Below are positions 24,620-37,500 of a DNA stretch of 64,000 bases, in pieces (positions within the stretch are counted from its first letter, which is position 1; each line of letters begins with the position of its first letter). Source of the stretch: Perna viridis (Eukaryota); contig CM074511.1 of the NCBI GenBank assembly GCA_037379345.1, forward strand, positions 25,713,171 through 25,777,170, in the 5' to 3' direction. The notes beneath the pieces were generated by a model, which was given only the letters and a program-made list of their open reading frames with translations, had not been told where the DNA came from and did no database searches. The position numbers and the translations under genes are program-made.

Positions 24620-24775
24620 TGCAGTGGCGGGTCCAAGGGAGTCCGGGGTTTGTCCCACCACTTTTGTTTGAAGACTGTTATTTTCATGCAAAATTTTGGA
24701 ACAGATGAGCAAATGATAGCTTGGTACCCACATTTTTCTTGACCCCCTTTTTCTCAAAATCTCTGGATTCGCCCG
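24620..24775. repeat. Short dispersed GC-ended repeat (gtggcgg...ggatccgcc type); degenerate relatives near 11750-11822, 13140-13240, 33820-33975
   Basis: gcagtggcgggtccaaggg... at the start and ...cccccttt...ctggattcgccc at the end form imperfect TIRs. Confidence 0.45.
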
Positions 24776-25545
24776 TTTTGTGGAATATTGCTAAGGAACA
24801 TTGAAAACTTGAATTTTCATTTTAGATTTTTATTATGTCAATTATTTCTATTTAATATTATTTCATAGTTTCAGTGTTGATGAGTTAATCATGTTTCTAA
24901 AAGTTTATATTGTTTAAAATAAATATACATGTTTACAATTAGTACCAGTTGTTTACTCTGACATTTCATGTGGTAGTATTTCAGTATAGTTTTAGGACGC
25001 CAGCAGTACGTTATGAAATGTCACTCTTGAATCAATCATAAAATTATATAACCTTGACCTCTATATATATGATCTATTTTGACAAACATAATGTCAGAAT
25101 TCTTTTTAGAAAAAATGAAGCATCAGTTTAGGGAGTATTCAGTCTTGTCTGCTTCTACTTATACGTGTATATCATAGAATCATTATTTTCAAATATTTTC
25201 AGAAGCACTAAGATCTAAACGTACTAAACATGATAGCTACAGTAATGCAGCTCCTTCCATGTACTTTGGTAGAACTTTTCAATCCTGGATCTTTCTTCCT
25301 ATTTTAAAATATTTTGGATTTTGATTACCCCTTTCATATCCTTTATTTTTGGATCGTGAACTTAAAAAATAATTGGTTCTAATGCTGCTGACGAAAGGTT
25401 ACTTCATGAAACACGTACCGAAATTTGTTATATTTTACATGACTGGTATTTTTGTATTTAGCACAATAAATTTCTTTTAGATATGCGTCAGTTAAATGCG
25501 TATATCTTTTATTTTTGACAAAATTTAAACAAATCAGTTTCAAAA

Positions 25546-28500
25546 TCAACTAATCAAGTTCATTGGTCGGAGAACAGCTTCTACTTCCTTCACAAAAGGG
25601 TCCTCACTTTTCTTGTTGCTTTGGAGCCTACAAATAGAAATGTTAACATGCCTGTATTATACCATAATGCGTGGGGCTATATTGCAATCACCTTGTCCGT
25701 CCGATACAGATTTCTTTGCTTCTATTGGGGCAATGCTTAGATATTTGATATATTGTAATTATATCAACTCTTTAATCATTAGTTTTTACCTTACACTTAC
25801 ACAAGTTTTAATCATAGAACTCACGTACAATGTTAATCATGATACATTTTACATAAATGGCAATTTGTTTAAAATCTATAAATCTTCTACTCATATTAAT
25901 TAAAACAATGATTTTTTTATATAAAATATACTAACGTCTATGAAATATCAATATTTAAGGAGGTAGATCTAGGGTAAGGGACATAACTCATGAAATCAGT
26001 GATATGTTTGTACCATATTCAATTTTACCAAAGCCTCTCAAGCTTTTCTCTGAAAAAGAATGAAATCGGTTCAAGTCACTTTGATGCTTACATGAGATTG
26101 ATGTAAAATAATGAATACAAACGTTCCAATGATTTCTGAGAGTTGTGTCCCTTACGATAGGTCTACCTCCTTAAATAGGTTTGAAGCTAGCTTGACCAGA
26201 GAAAACAATACAGAAAATCATATACAAATCAACTGTACAAGCATGATCTAAACAAAATAATGTAAAAGTTAAATAATATGCTCACCAGTTGATCGATGCC
26301 ATGACAATCCATTTCTTTCCTTCGAGCATTTCTGCTTCTTCCATAGCTTTGATAAAAACTCTGAGAGCTTCACTTCTTGATGGTTTTCTGTCCCTTGCTT
26401 CCACAAATAGCTTAAAACATAAGTTACCAATTGCAAACACTGTGCATCAAAAAGTTGCATGTTATGTAATGTGTGCTAATCGATTTTTGTAATTTCTGCT
26501 AATATCTAAAATTTCACAAGATTACCTTCCAGTTATACTAGTGCATTTTAGAGTTGCTGAAAAATAATAATTTATCATCTTCAGTGCCTGGTATTCTTTT
26601 GACGAGGCTCGCAGTAGCAAAAATGTAAGAATATAAAAGCTCATGTGTGAGTTCGATACACACGATGACCTCATTTTAATATCATAATAATATTATGCAA
26701 GTTATAGATTATAAAGTGCAAATTATTGAGTTTATTGATGATCAGAATTAATTTTATCAATGCCAAACACCAGTAACAAAATATTACCACAAGTAATTTG
26801 TGCTGATCAGTGGCTAGAAGTTCGTCTTGCTGAATCTTGTTAGCCTCTGGTCTCGTCAATCCTAAGGATACTGCTACCTCATAATTGACATTTTCTATAG
26901 CATCAGTAGCTAAAACTAAAAACTCGTCAGACATTGGAACAGGGTAATCTGAAAGATATTTTTCCATTTATTTTACTTTTACTAAACTTTGATATCATTA
27001 TACATGTAATTCAATATGACCATGTGATATCAATATAATTTAATATGACCATGTTTATTGTTATAAAAGATGCCATTGTTTTTTATTTTATCTTGGATAC
27101 AAAGTTTTCCTGTCACCTGATCAATATGGTCATGAGCTTCAAACCACGGCCTTTTAATCGGAATACTTTTACATATGAAATATTTCTGTCTGAATAGGCG
27201 TGTGTATTGGAATAAATTAATACGATTTTATTACAGATTTTGCCAAAATTTGAAAATATTGAAGTAAAAGGAATCTAACTGAATAAGAAAAAAAGTTCCA
27301 AATGCTAAACTGTTCAGGACCAACATGTAGAGCATAATTTTATGTTTAGGACTTATTAATTCATAATAATGTAAACAAAACTCGTATGATAATTATATGA
27401 CTTCACAAATAATATGAAACTAGTATTTTGGAGCATTTGTGTGTTCATGTATTTTATATGCACAAAAGCAAACATTTCCATATTGATAACATATGTTTCA
27501 TAAATTTTGCATTTTTTCCTGTGTCACACAAGAGTTCCAAAGAGCGATCTTTATTGTGTTTAAAGTTGTAATTTCCATATTAAGCACAAACAAATTTTAA
27601 CCCCGATATAAAAACTATCAGTAGATTTTTTTCGCTTTCAGTTCAAAGACATTGCTTGAACCATGCACGCGCAATGTCTTACCAAGCTCAAGCCAGGGAA
27701 CAAAAAGCTTGGTCAAGCTAGCGAATAATAACACAGTGAATAGGAAGAAAGCGCGGGAAAACTTTCATACCTAAAAACCAAAAAAAAAAAAAAAAAAGTC
27801 TACTAACAATGGACTATGCCGTTTTATCAATACATATTTGTTACTTGTTTTCGTGATAAATTATTTAGTGTCATATACATTTCAGTAAGTTGTCTTGTTT
27901 TTCAATTTGTTTTATTGATATTGCAATGGTTTAAAACAATAATTGTAATGTTATATTTTTAACGTTTGTCTATGCATAAAATGCATTTCCCAAAATTTAT
28001 CGAAATACTAATATCCAAGAAAAGAGCAGAACAATACAGGAAGGTGTTCACGGGTTAAACTGTATTCATTTTACAGTTACAATAAATGGCCATTCTTCGA
28101 GCTGTTGTGAAGCCACCAAGCATTATTCACCCATTTTCATGATACCAGCCATTGTTTTTTACATTCAATTATGCATGTATGTAGCATTCCCAAAACTAGA
28201 TTCATACGAAGGCAAAAATCATAATAGTCAAACATTTGTTTCTTTAGTAAATCTCTCTAATCAGAGGTGTATTCTATAAAATAAATGCATATTCGTATAT
28301 TGCTTGAAGTTTACAGCATCATATTTTTTGTTGTAGTATCGAATTATGTTTAGTCTGTAACATTACCAAAATAAATTATGATTATTCATTTATTGGTTGA
28401 TCTCTATTGCAGTATTCCATTTTGTTTTTAATTTGCCATTCTAACATATAAAATGACGATATAATTCTGCTCCCGACCGTACTAAATACGGATACAGAGA

Positions 28501-31500
28501 GGAAGAGAAGATCAGACAGACTTGATTTTTTTCGTTTTAAAATTATGTTAATTCTGTGCAAAATATGAGTTTAAATAGGCGAATGGATAGACTGGGCCCC
28601 GTTTGAAGATAATTATCAACTGGACCATCAGTGGATATTTTTACTTAACTGATTTTTTGGGTAAAATGCATTTTATTGCGAAAAAAAGACGAAAGAACAT
28701 TTTTTAGGCAAAAATTAAAATGAAATGCGCCGGGCCCAAACTCAATAAATATTGACAGGTCTGTAATGCGCTCAGGTTTACACAACTCAAAAAGTTATAA
28801 AATACGGCCTGGAAAAAAAGAACATGCACCCCTTCCCCAAAACAATAATCAAATATTGCTAAATATGGGGTTTTCGATTTTTCCATAAAATTTCGACAAT
28901 TTACTGCTTGATGACCTAAACTCTTCATATTTTATATCATTCGATAGATAATTAATTTTATATTCTACACAAAGAACATCTCATTTTCATATATGAATTA
29001 TCCAAGAAAGTTGAAAATATTACACCTACCCCTATAAAACTGGTCACGGTATCAAATTAAAGTTTCCATTCACAGCATACCGACACTGTAAAACTCATAT
29101 TTAAGATATTCGTAATGACGGTAATGGTGTAAAGATATATAGATAGTTCACTTTCCTACATCATAAAACCGACAAAAACTAATTTTCATGTAAGAAACTT
29201 CAAAGAAAGTTAGAAATATTATCCTTACCCCTAGAAAACAAGTCATGATGAAGTCTGCAGGGTGTGAAACAAAAAATAACACTTAAAGCATACATGTTGC
29301 GACACTATAAAACTATTTTAGGCATTCATGAATAAGAAAATGACAAATCATATCTAACAATACAGGTGCTTAGATTTTCCTTTTGGTTTACATTTTTATA
29401 AAAATTGTAGAAAGGTGAATTTTCAGAATTTTGAATTTTCTTCGATATCACCGATTATTGTCGCGTGCAAGTTGTACAAGATGCATTGCATTCGTAGAGT
29501 ATCGTAGCTTTGGAGTGATCCAAAATAATAAATAATAGGACTATTTCATGTTCAATAAGAGGAAAATTGCCCCCTCTCCATCCTTGAATAATTACAACAA
29601 TGAACCAAAATACTATTTTTAGCATATAAACAATGAAAATAGACGTTTGACACTATTGACTTAAATATCATTGTATTCAACATATCAGCTTTTTTCAAAT
29701 GCAAAGTTCTCCATTTTAACGAGACATTTAGCAGATCTGCTAACATCAACAAAACTAAAAGAATGAGTGTTCAGAATATATAGAACAATACCTGATGATG
29801 GCGGGCCTATATGCGCATTAAATTAATTGATGCAAATGACATACTAGTAAATAATAGCATTGATAAATTACCGCCGAAACACTAGATTAGTGAAGGATTA
29901 ATCCAACAAGTAAATTATGATAAGGATACCTAAATTTGTAGGTATTTAATACTAATTATTTTCAAGAAGTTCAATGAAAAATGAATTATTATAATAATGT
30001 AATCAAAACCACTCCAATAGCAGGAGAGTTTAGGGGGGGCAAGACTTGGATGATGGGTTTCATTTTTTGTTTGAACTCTATATAATAGCCCAGACTTTCT
30101 TACATCTATGAAAGGAACGTTTAATGTTTATCTTAATGAGCCGAGTTGTCCAATCTCTTTTAGCTCAGAAAATATAACTTTTAAAATATAATAACAAGCA
30201 GGCTGGCCATTTTGTCCTCTTTGGATCTCGTCAATGTTAAGTCCAGAAATAGCTTTCAAAATTTTCTTTTAAAATTTTTCAATCTCAGTTTCAATAAAGC
30301 ATCTTGAAATGCATTAGAAATATGTGCATAAACACCATACTGTCAACAAATTTACCACGAAATTATTCCATGATACATAAATGATATGTAATAAACTGGC
30401 ACATTCCTGTGAGTTTGTTATGTTATATGGTTTCAGGCATTGGAGTTTCCCCGCGCTTTCTTATTGTTCGCTAGATCGGGCTTATTATTCGCTGGCTATT
30501 TGTTCGCCAGTTTGACGGTGTTATCGTCTCGACTCTAAAATGTGAATGTTCAATGCTATGAAATGATTTTCCGTCACCACCACTTCAGGAGGTGACAAAC
30601 TTTGCATTTAAATACCAACTTTGCCCAATGGCAATTTCGTGCTGCCTGTTTGTATTGTTATATACTGGAAACTAATGGAAGCGGGAGGGGAGGTTTAGCG
30701 CCGTATTAAGCCTGGAACAAACCACTATTTCCATTGGAAATGCCTGTACTAAGTCAGGGTCATTGAGGTTGTTTCAAACTTCTTGTTTTTTTCTTGATAC
30801 TTTTATATGAGCTTTCCTTCTTTTGAATATTTTCTTTTGACTTTTGCTTATAGTTTGCCTGTCAGTTTGGTAAATGTTATCTAAGAGATACTAGTCAAAC
30901 ATACCTCCAGGGTTGTATATGTCAGAGTCTGTAAAAGCTTTGTTCACCCAACGCCAGAACTTGAACTTCTTATTGTCATCATTTATGAACCTGTATAGAA
31001 GAGACTAGAAAGTACTATGTAACCATGAACAAGTATAACTTTACTAAATTGATAATTCTCTTTCAATTACAAAAACGACCTTAATCGCTGCTTACTACAT
31101 AAGAGTTAATATATAATCTGAAAGTGTTAACAAGAATCAAACAGCATCAATAAAATTTGTATTCTTATTGTACATACTTTTAATTATGTTAGCACTAATT
31201 CTACATGCAAGCCAAAAGGATGTCGATACGGAACACATAAGTCTGATCCATTTTCAATAGTAAAAGAGAAGCAATACACACTTCGCGAGGAAAATTCTCT
31301 CGCTCCATCCCAAGCCATTAAGCTACCTCTCGAAAACAAATCTCACAAATGCCCATAGACTATCCCTCAATTAACACAAACGAGTCTATTCTAAACTTAT
31401 TTGTATTCTTTTATGTAAAAGGGGACCCTTACGGCTCTTACAAAGACTGTTAGTATAGTGGCTGAAAAAGAGAGGATCAGACACTCGTAACTTTTTCTAA

Positions 31501-34500
31501 TGACTACTACGTCGTGCTATACTTATTTCTCCAACCATGTATCAAATCGAAGTAAAACTTGTGAAAGACCATTGTCGGAAACCCACGTTTGACTAGGATT
31601 CGTACTTCCGAAGCGTAGTCAACCGTGTTTCCGACGATGATGAAAGGCCTTTAGGTATACACTGTATTAAACTCAGATATTCTGCTAAAGAGTGCCCACA
31701 GGCTCTTGCTGAATATGGCACATGTTGACAGCTTTAGTAAAAATTGCTTACTATATGTAGTTTCCAAAAAGGGGACTCTAGTGATTTCCATTTTTTTCTA
31801 TAGAATCATTTTTTCGAGCTTAAGGACCCCTTGGTCCGTTTATACTTACCACTGTTTCATGTCCAGAAGAATGGAAGTACAGATGTCTCGACGTCCACCT
31901 TTTGTTACAGCTGTGATTAGACTAGACATTCCCAAGTCGTCTCTGGCTCGGCTGCTATCTCTCCATCGTAACAGAAACTACAAAAATGTTCTTTTTTTAA
32001 ATATTTATATAAAAAAGGAAATACAAATGTAGCATTACGTTAAAACATTCAGCAAGATGGATGTCTGCTAAAAAGATTCTTTTATAAATGTTGTTATAAG
32101 GATTTTATTTTTCAAATTTCAATTTGAACTATGAACACAAAAAATACTTCTATTGACATACATTTTGTACCGCTGCAAACACGTGGTCATACTGTGTTTT
32201 ATTTGCATGTGCAGTACAAACTAAATTCGTTTACTTTTAATTATTTTGTTTTTGTACAAAAAAGGGTTTTTGCATTTATATGAAGAAAAAGCTGGTTTGA
32301 ATTCGAATGTATTGACTTGTAGAAGAACAACATACAGTCCTAGATTCTTACATGAAATATCTTTTGGTCTTGCGTAGCGCCATCTATGTGAAGCACTGTA
32401 TCAACGTCTTGAAATGACATACCATTCAAAATCATGACTCTATACCATTCTTCGTCTAACTGGTTCAAAATACCTCGTAAAAATGCATCATTTGTAAAGC
32501 CTGTAAAATGCCAAAAAAACTTTACATTATTAATGTCCCTTAGAATAAACGTTCTACAACTTGGTTTGTTATAGCTATATTGTACAACATATGGCAGTTT
32601 ACTCAGGCATCTACAAAATGGGAAAAAAGGAACATAAAGTGATACCGCGCCCTGTAATGCATGGTTATAGGGGGTAACAAAATGTTTTTAACTCGAAAAT
32701 GAAAATTTTGGATTTTGCTGAAAATTGAACTTAATCTGTTTTTATGGTACTTAACTGTGCAAAGTTAAAAAAATCATGAATTCGTTCTCTAGTTATCGTC
32801 TGAATCCGTCGTGTGACGGACACACATCTTTTTGGGGGGCATTACGAAATACCTCGCTACTTCATGTGGCGAGGTATGAAAATATATACATGACTATATT
32901 TTATCAATTATTACATCGTTTATACCATATAAATGCCTTCGGAGTATATCTGATTTATGCATACTAGAATAACTACCTTTCCAACTCGGATCCCCTTTAG
33001 CTTCTTCTTTAAAGTTAATGTTCTGTGACGTCTTCGTTGGGGTTGGTTTAACGTTGACCGTCGTTAACGTAGTTTTCGTTTTTGTAGGTGAAAGTCTATC
33101 GGAGAGAGTCGGCGAAAGTGGTGGAATGTTGGATGTAATTACGTCTGCCTTCGACAGCTGTATCGATATCGTTGCAAGAGGTTTCTCAGGCTTTGATTTG
33201 TCTGGTTTCTCTGGGCGAACAGACAAGTCTTTGTTTTCCTCACGCGTAGTTTTTAATGGCACTGAAAATATTTGTATATCACCGGCAGCCTCCTCAAAAT
33301 TCTCAGCAATTTGTAGAGTGAAGCACTGATAATTGATTCTTCTAGCATGGAACTGTAAAAATACTTCATCGGAGTCTCCTGAAACTTGAAGGTTTGCTAA
33401 GGACTTTCCCAATTTACATCTATACTTGTTTCTAGAATAAGAGTCAAACCATGCTGACTGGGTTGGTTTCTGGTCGAGGTAGCCTTCCTGTATCCAAAAC
33501 CTCTTGCGACTCTCTGCGTTTTCTACCTTGACACATTCAACCACCACGGTAAATGTATTACCAGTACCAATACGTTTCGACATGACGAGAAACATTACGG
33601 TGTATTGTCTTTTCTGAGCCTTTTCAAAGGCAGAGTGTACCTTACCAGCTAACGATGACGGGTTTACTCCTTTCTTTGTTTCGATACACGTTTTCCTGAA
33701 TAAAAAATCACTTTTATTCGAAGGTGTTAATGCAAATAAGTATAACAATTAGACAAGAAATTTGAAAATTCAAACATAAAAAAATGATATATGATGTACT
33801 TTTTCACAACATAACCAGGGTAGAATCCAGGATTTAAGGTTATAGTGTCGTAAATAGAATTCAAGACCAAGTGAAGTTTGGGAAAGTGAAGATTTCATTT
33901 AAACATAATTATTTATTTTTTAGAATGTAAGGGGAGGGACATACGCCCAGCAATCCTTTCTTTTTGATCTGTGCCTGATAACCTATCATAATAAAGCATC
34001 TGTCTCTCATTTATTATTCAAGATTAAGGACATTACTACTCTTATGCATTGTATACATGTTCCATTATGTCTTAACCTGCATGTACGAAAACTTACACGG
34101 AAAACGTCCTCGAGACAAACTCAACGTGCTTATTAGAGACAGTCACTTTGATATTAAGTGGGGTCCAGCTAGCTTCACCCACTTGTCCTATTTCGTAAAC
34201 ATTCGATTCAAAGGCATATAATTCTCCACCTTGGCCATATTCATCTGGTAACGGGAGTCTGTACAATATGTCTGCTTTGGGTCCGGCTTGTTCAGAACAG
34301 TAAACGGAACAAAAACACGTACAGGAGTAAAGGTCCTCCATTGTGTTTGACGTGAAAAGTTCGTGGTCTGGTGGGTCTGTAATCTGAAAAATTCAACGAA
34401 GATGTACAAATATTCAGTATTAAAATGACACGTATGCAATTTTCAGTATTTTTGTTTAGTTTGCTTATTCAAATTTTGGCGAATGAAGTAGGAGTAGTAA

Positions 34501-37500
34501 CGTATTTTCGTTGTAATGTATGAATTATTATTACATATTTCAAAAGGGCAAATCTAAAAAACCACCATAATTGTCATCCTACTTGCCCCGTCCCCATGAC
34601 AAACACACCAAAACGCACACCAAAGGTACTTGTGAACAGGGCCAAGGTAAACACGTTCTAGAAAACCAATTTTGTTCGGAAACGCAGTTTGATATTTGTA
34701 ATTATATTTGGAGTGAATTTAATCATAGAGAAAGAAGGCTAAAACGGGCGGAAAATACGAAATTGGTTGCCTATGCCAAATAGGGGGAGTGGCATCAAGA
34801 CGCTCCATTGTGCCATGTCTACAAGTAGCAATGACCAGCATTATTTCGACAGATATTTAAACAAACCGAAAAAAAAATAAGTAACCATTGAACTTACTTC
34901 TACATTGACATGGGAGTCTAATTCAAATGTGTCATCTTTTATAACCAGTTCTACACCTGGTTTTACTGTCGATTGTATCGTTTTTGGTTCTGGACCGACA
35001 CTAAATACTTCGACGACGGGTCGACTAACTATAACGAACGCATCCAATAGAGACATATCAATAGTTGCAATGCAGTAGTATTTCTGAAAGAAAAATGTCA
35101 ATAATACATTAAAATGTTCTTGTAAAGTATATAGAAGATACCAAAGTGCCTATGAAAATGGGGGATATCATAAAGGGTAAATAAATAGGCAAAACACATT
35201 CAAAAACATATTAACTGACAAGGACCACAAAAAGAAAGACGAATAATAAAACAAATCAACGAGACGAAATGCACGAACCCCACCAAAAATATCTCAGGTG
35301 CTCCAGCAGGAGAGCAGTTCCTGCACCTTGAAAGACGTCCACCATGCTGTCCAATGAATGTCATATTTAGTAAACATTTTACAAGTCCCATAGGGAACAT
35401 TAAACCACAGAAAAGATGTCACATTAAATCTTCAACAGGATAATATTCAGGAAAAAAACACGAAGAAAAAACTGCTAAGTAGTCGAGAGATACAATTTAA
35501 CAAGACATCTACACAGTAGGCATTTCTTAAAGTTTTACTTTTGTAATCTATTACCGATCCGTCTTTCTTCATGGAGTCTGTTGCAGACGTAAAACCACGA
35601 TTTCCTTTTAAGATTAGTTCTTCCTTAACTTCGAGTTCTCCAAAGACTGGGATCGTTAGGGTAGCTGTGGTTTGCTTTCCCTTTCGCCCAAGTCTGTAAT
35701 TTATGACATCACTGAACACTTCATCCCTGTCTGTCAGTCCGAAGTTTTCGTCTGAATAGTCAATCGCTTGTTTTCGGCACATAACTGAGAAGATATCTTC
35801 AGGAGATCCATTCGTATAATCGATAGTGAGGTCAAGGCGATCACAGTAAGTTTTGGCGCCACCTTTCATTTCAACCGTCTGCAATTGTATCTCCCTAAAT
35901 GTGAGATTATTGTTAATACTTTAAATTGGTTACATTGGTTTCGTTCAACTTGAATAAATGCTAAAAAAACTATTTGATTATTTGACTTGTAAGGCTTTTG
36001 AATCATCATCAGTTTGTGAATCTGATTGACGTGTATATCCTACAGCATAAAAATATTTTTCGCATTTAAAATTGTTTTTGACGCATTACATTATGATAAT
36101 AATGATCAACTTATGCAACACTACTAGAAAACTGACTTACCGAAGCCCTCCCTGTGATCCCTGAGCAAATCCCGCCAAAATATTCCGCATTTCTTTCGAC
36201 CGACAAAGTGCTATCGGGGTTTTTCCTTGCTGCAATATATATAAATTTTAAGTGAGAAAATTTAGGGCCAGCACTATCCAAATTGAATTAATTAGAACTA
36301 AACCGCTCGAAGTAACGGGAACTAAAGGGAAATTTCTTACCGGAAGTAACTCATCCATGTCTTCATCATTGAATTCTAAGTCATCCATTATAATGTAAAT
36401 ATGATTTGTCCAATTTTGAAGCAAATATTGTTTATAGAAATAAAAAAATGAATGCAACACCAGCATGCACACAAACTTATTCGATTTTCAAGGTAACGCT
36501 TTTGTGGAGTAGGACTTCATAGATGTATTTTTCCGAAAGCCGGGTGTAAATACTTGTACACGTATATCCACTTTTGTTCCGATTAATATGGATAGACTTT
36601 ATTATATACTTGTGAACATTTTATACTTAAACTGTAAGCTTTTACAATAGACTTTAAGAAATACCATATTATGGGAAAATGTCAGTGCCCTTTCACTTGG
36701 CATTGTGTAAGGATAGAAGTTTGAATTAAATGACCAACAACAAACATTCTTTTTCACTGCAACTTGTTTACTTATTATAATACGTGATTACATATCGCGT
36801 ATAAGACTAAATAAAGTTTACGTTTAAAGAGTGAAAACGGTAGGAATAGAGATTATCATGATTTGATTTGACCAAGACAGTCGGGAAACACAACACGCAA
36901 AGACCAAGTTGCACACTACACAAATGAAGTACGTACAAAGTACGCACAGAAATCTAAAACACAAACCCCACAAAACATGAAAGAATTGATGCTGATACTT
37001 GACGAGCTTCACACAAGACACACGTACGTATAAATATTCTCATTCAACGGTTTTCCTCCGAGACAATATTCAGGCTCTGCACGACTAAATAAAATATTTG
37101 GAATTTTAAATTTGGATTAAAAAACATCTGCAATGTATATCGATATGTGAATCCATAAAAGGGAACATACTCACTTGAAATGAGAAGTCGTCATCGCTTT
37201 CGAAATTTATTGAAATGTCAACCATATTCGCTACGAAGATCAAGTTTACAAATTCCGTTTTCTAGTCTCAAAAGTATGTTTTACCATTGCTGTTAACAAG
37301 TCGAATTAAAACGCGTTCCCATAGTCATTTACCATATAAGGGTGTAAATTAAGGTTAGGTAAGAAGTATCTCCACAGTCCGTGCGAGACTCGACAGGGCA
37401 GTCAATGACGTTAAAAACCGCCGTTAGTATACGTATCTCCAGTTACTCTCGGCCTTGTTTCGTGTGTTTAAATAACTTTAAAAAGGACTTGGGTCAACTG

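Noticed and set aside
25385-25425. Hammerhead-ribozyme-like core (ctgacga...gaaac); similar at about 16378
   Set aside because: I could not build the required stems; at most a degenerate retroelement terminus.
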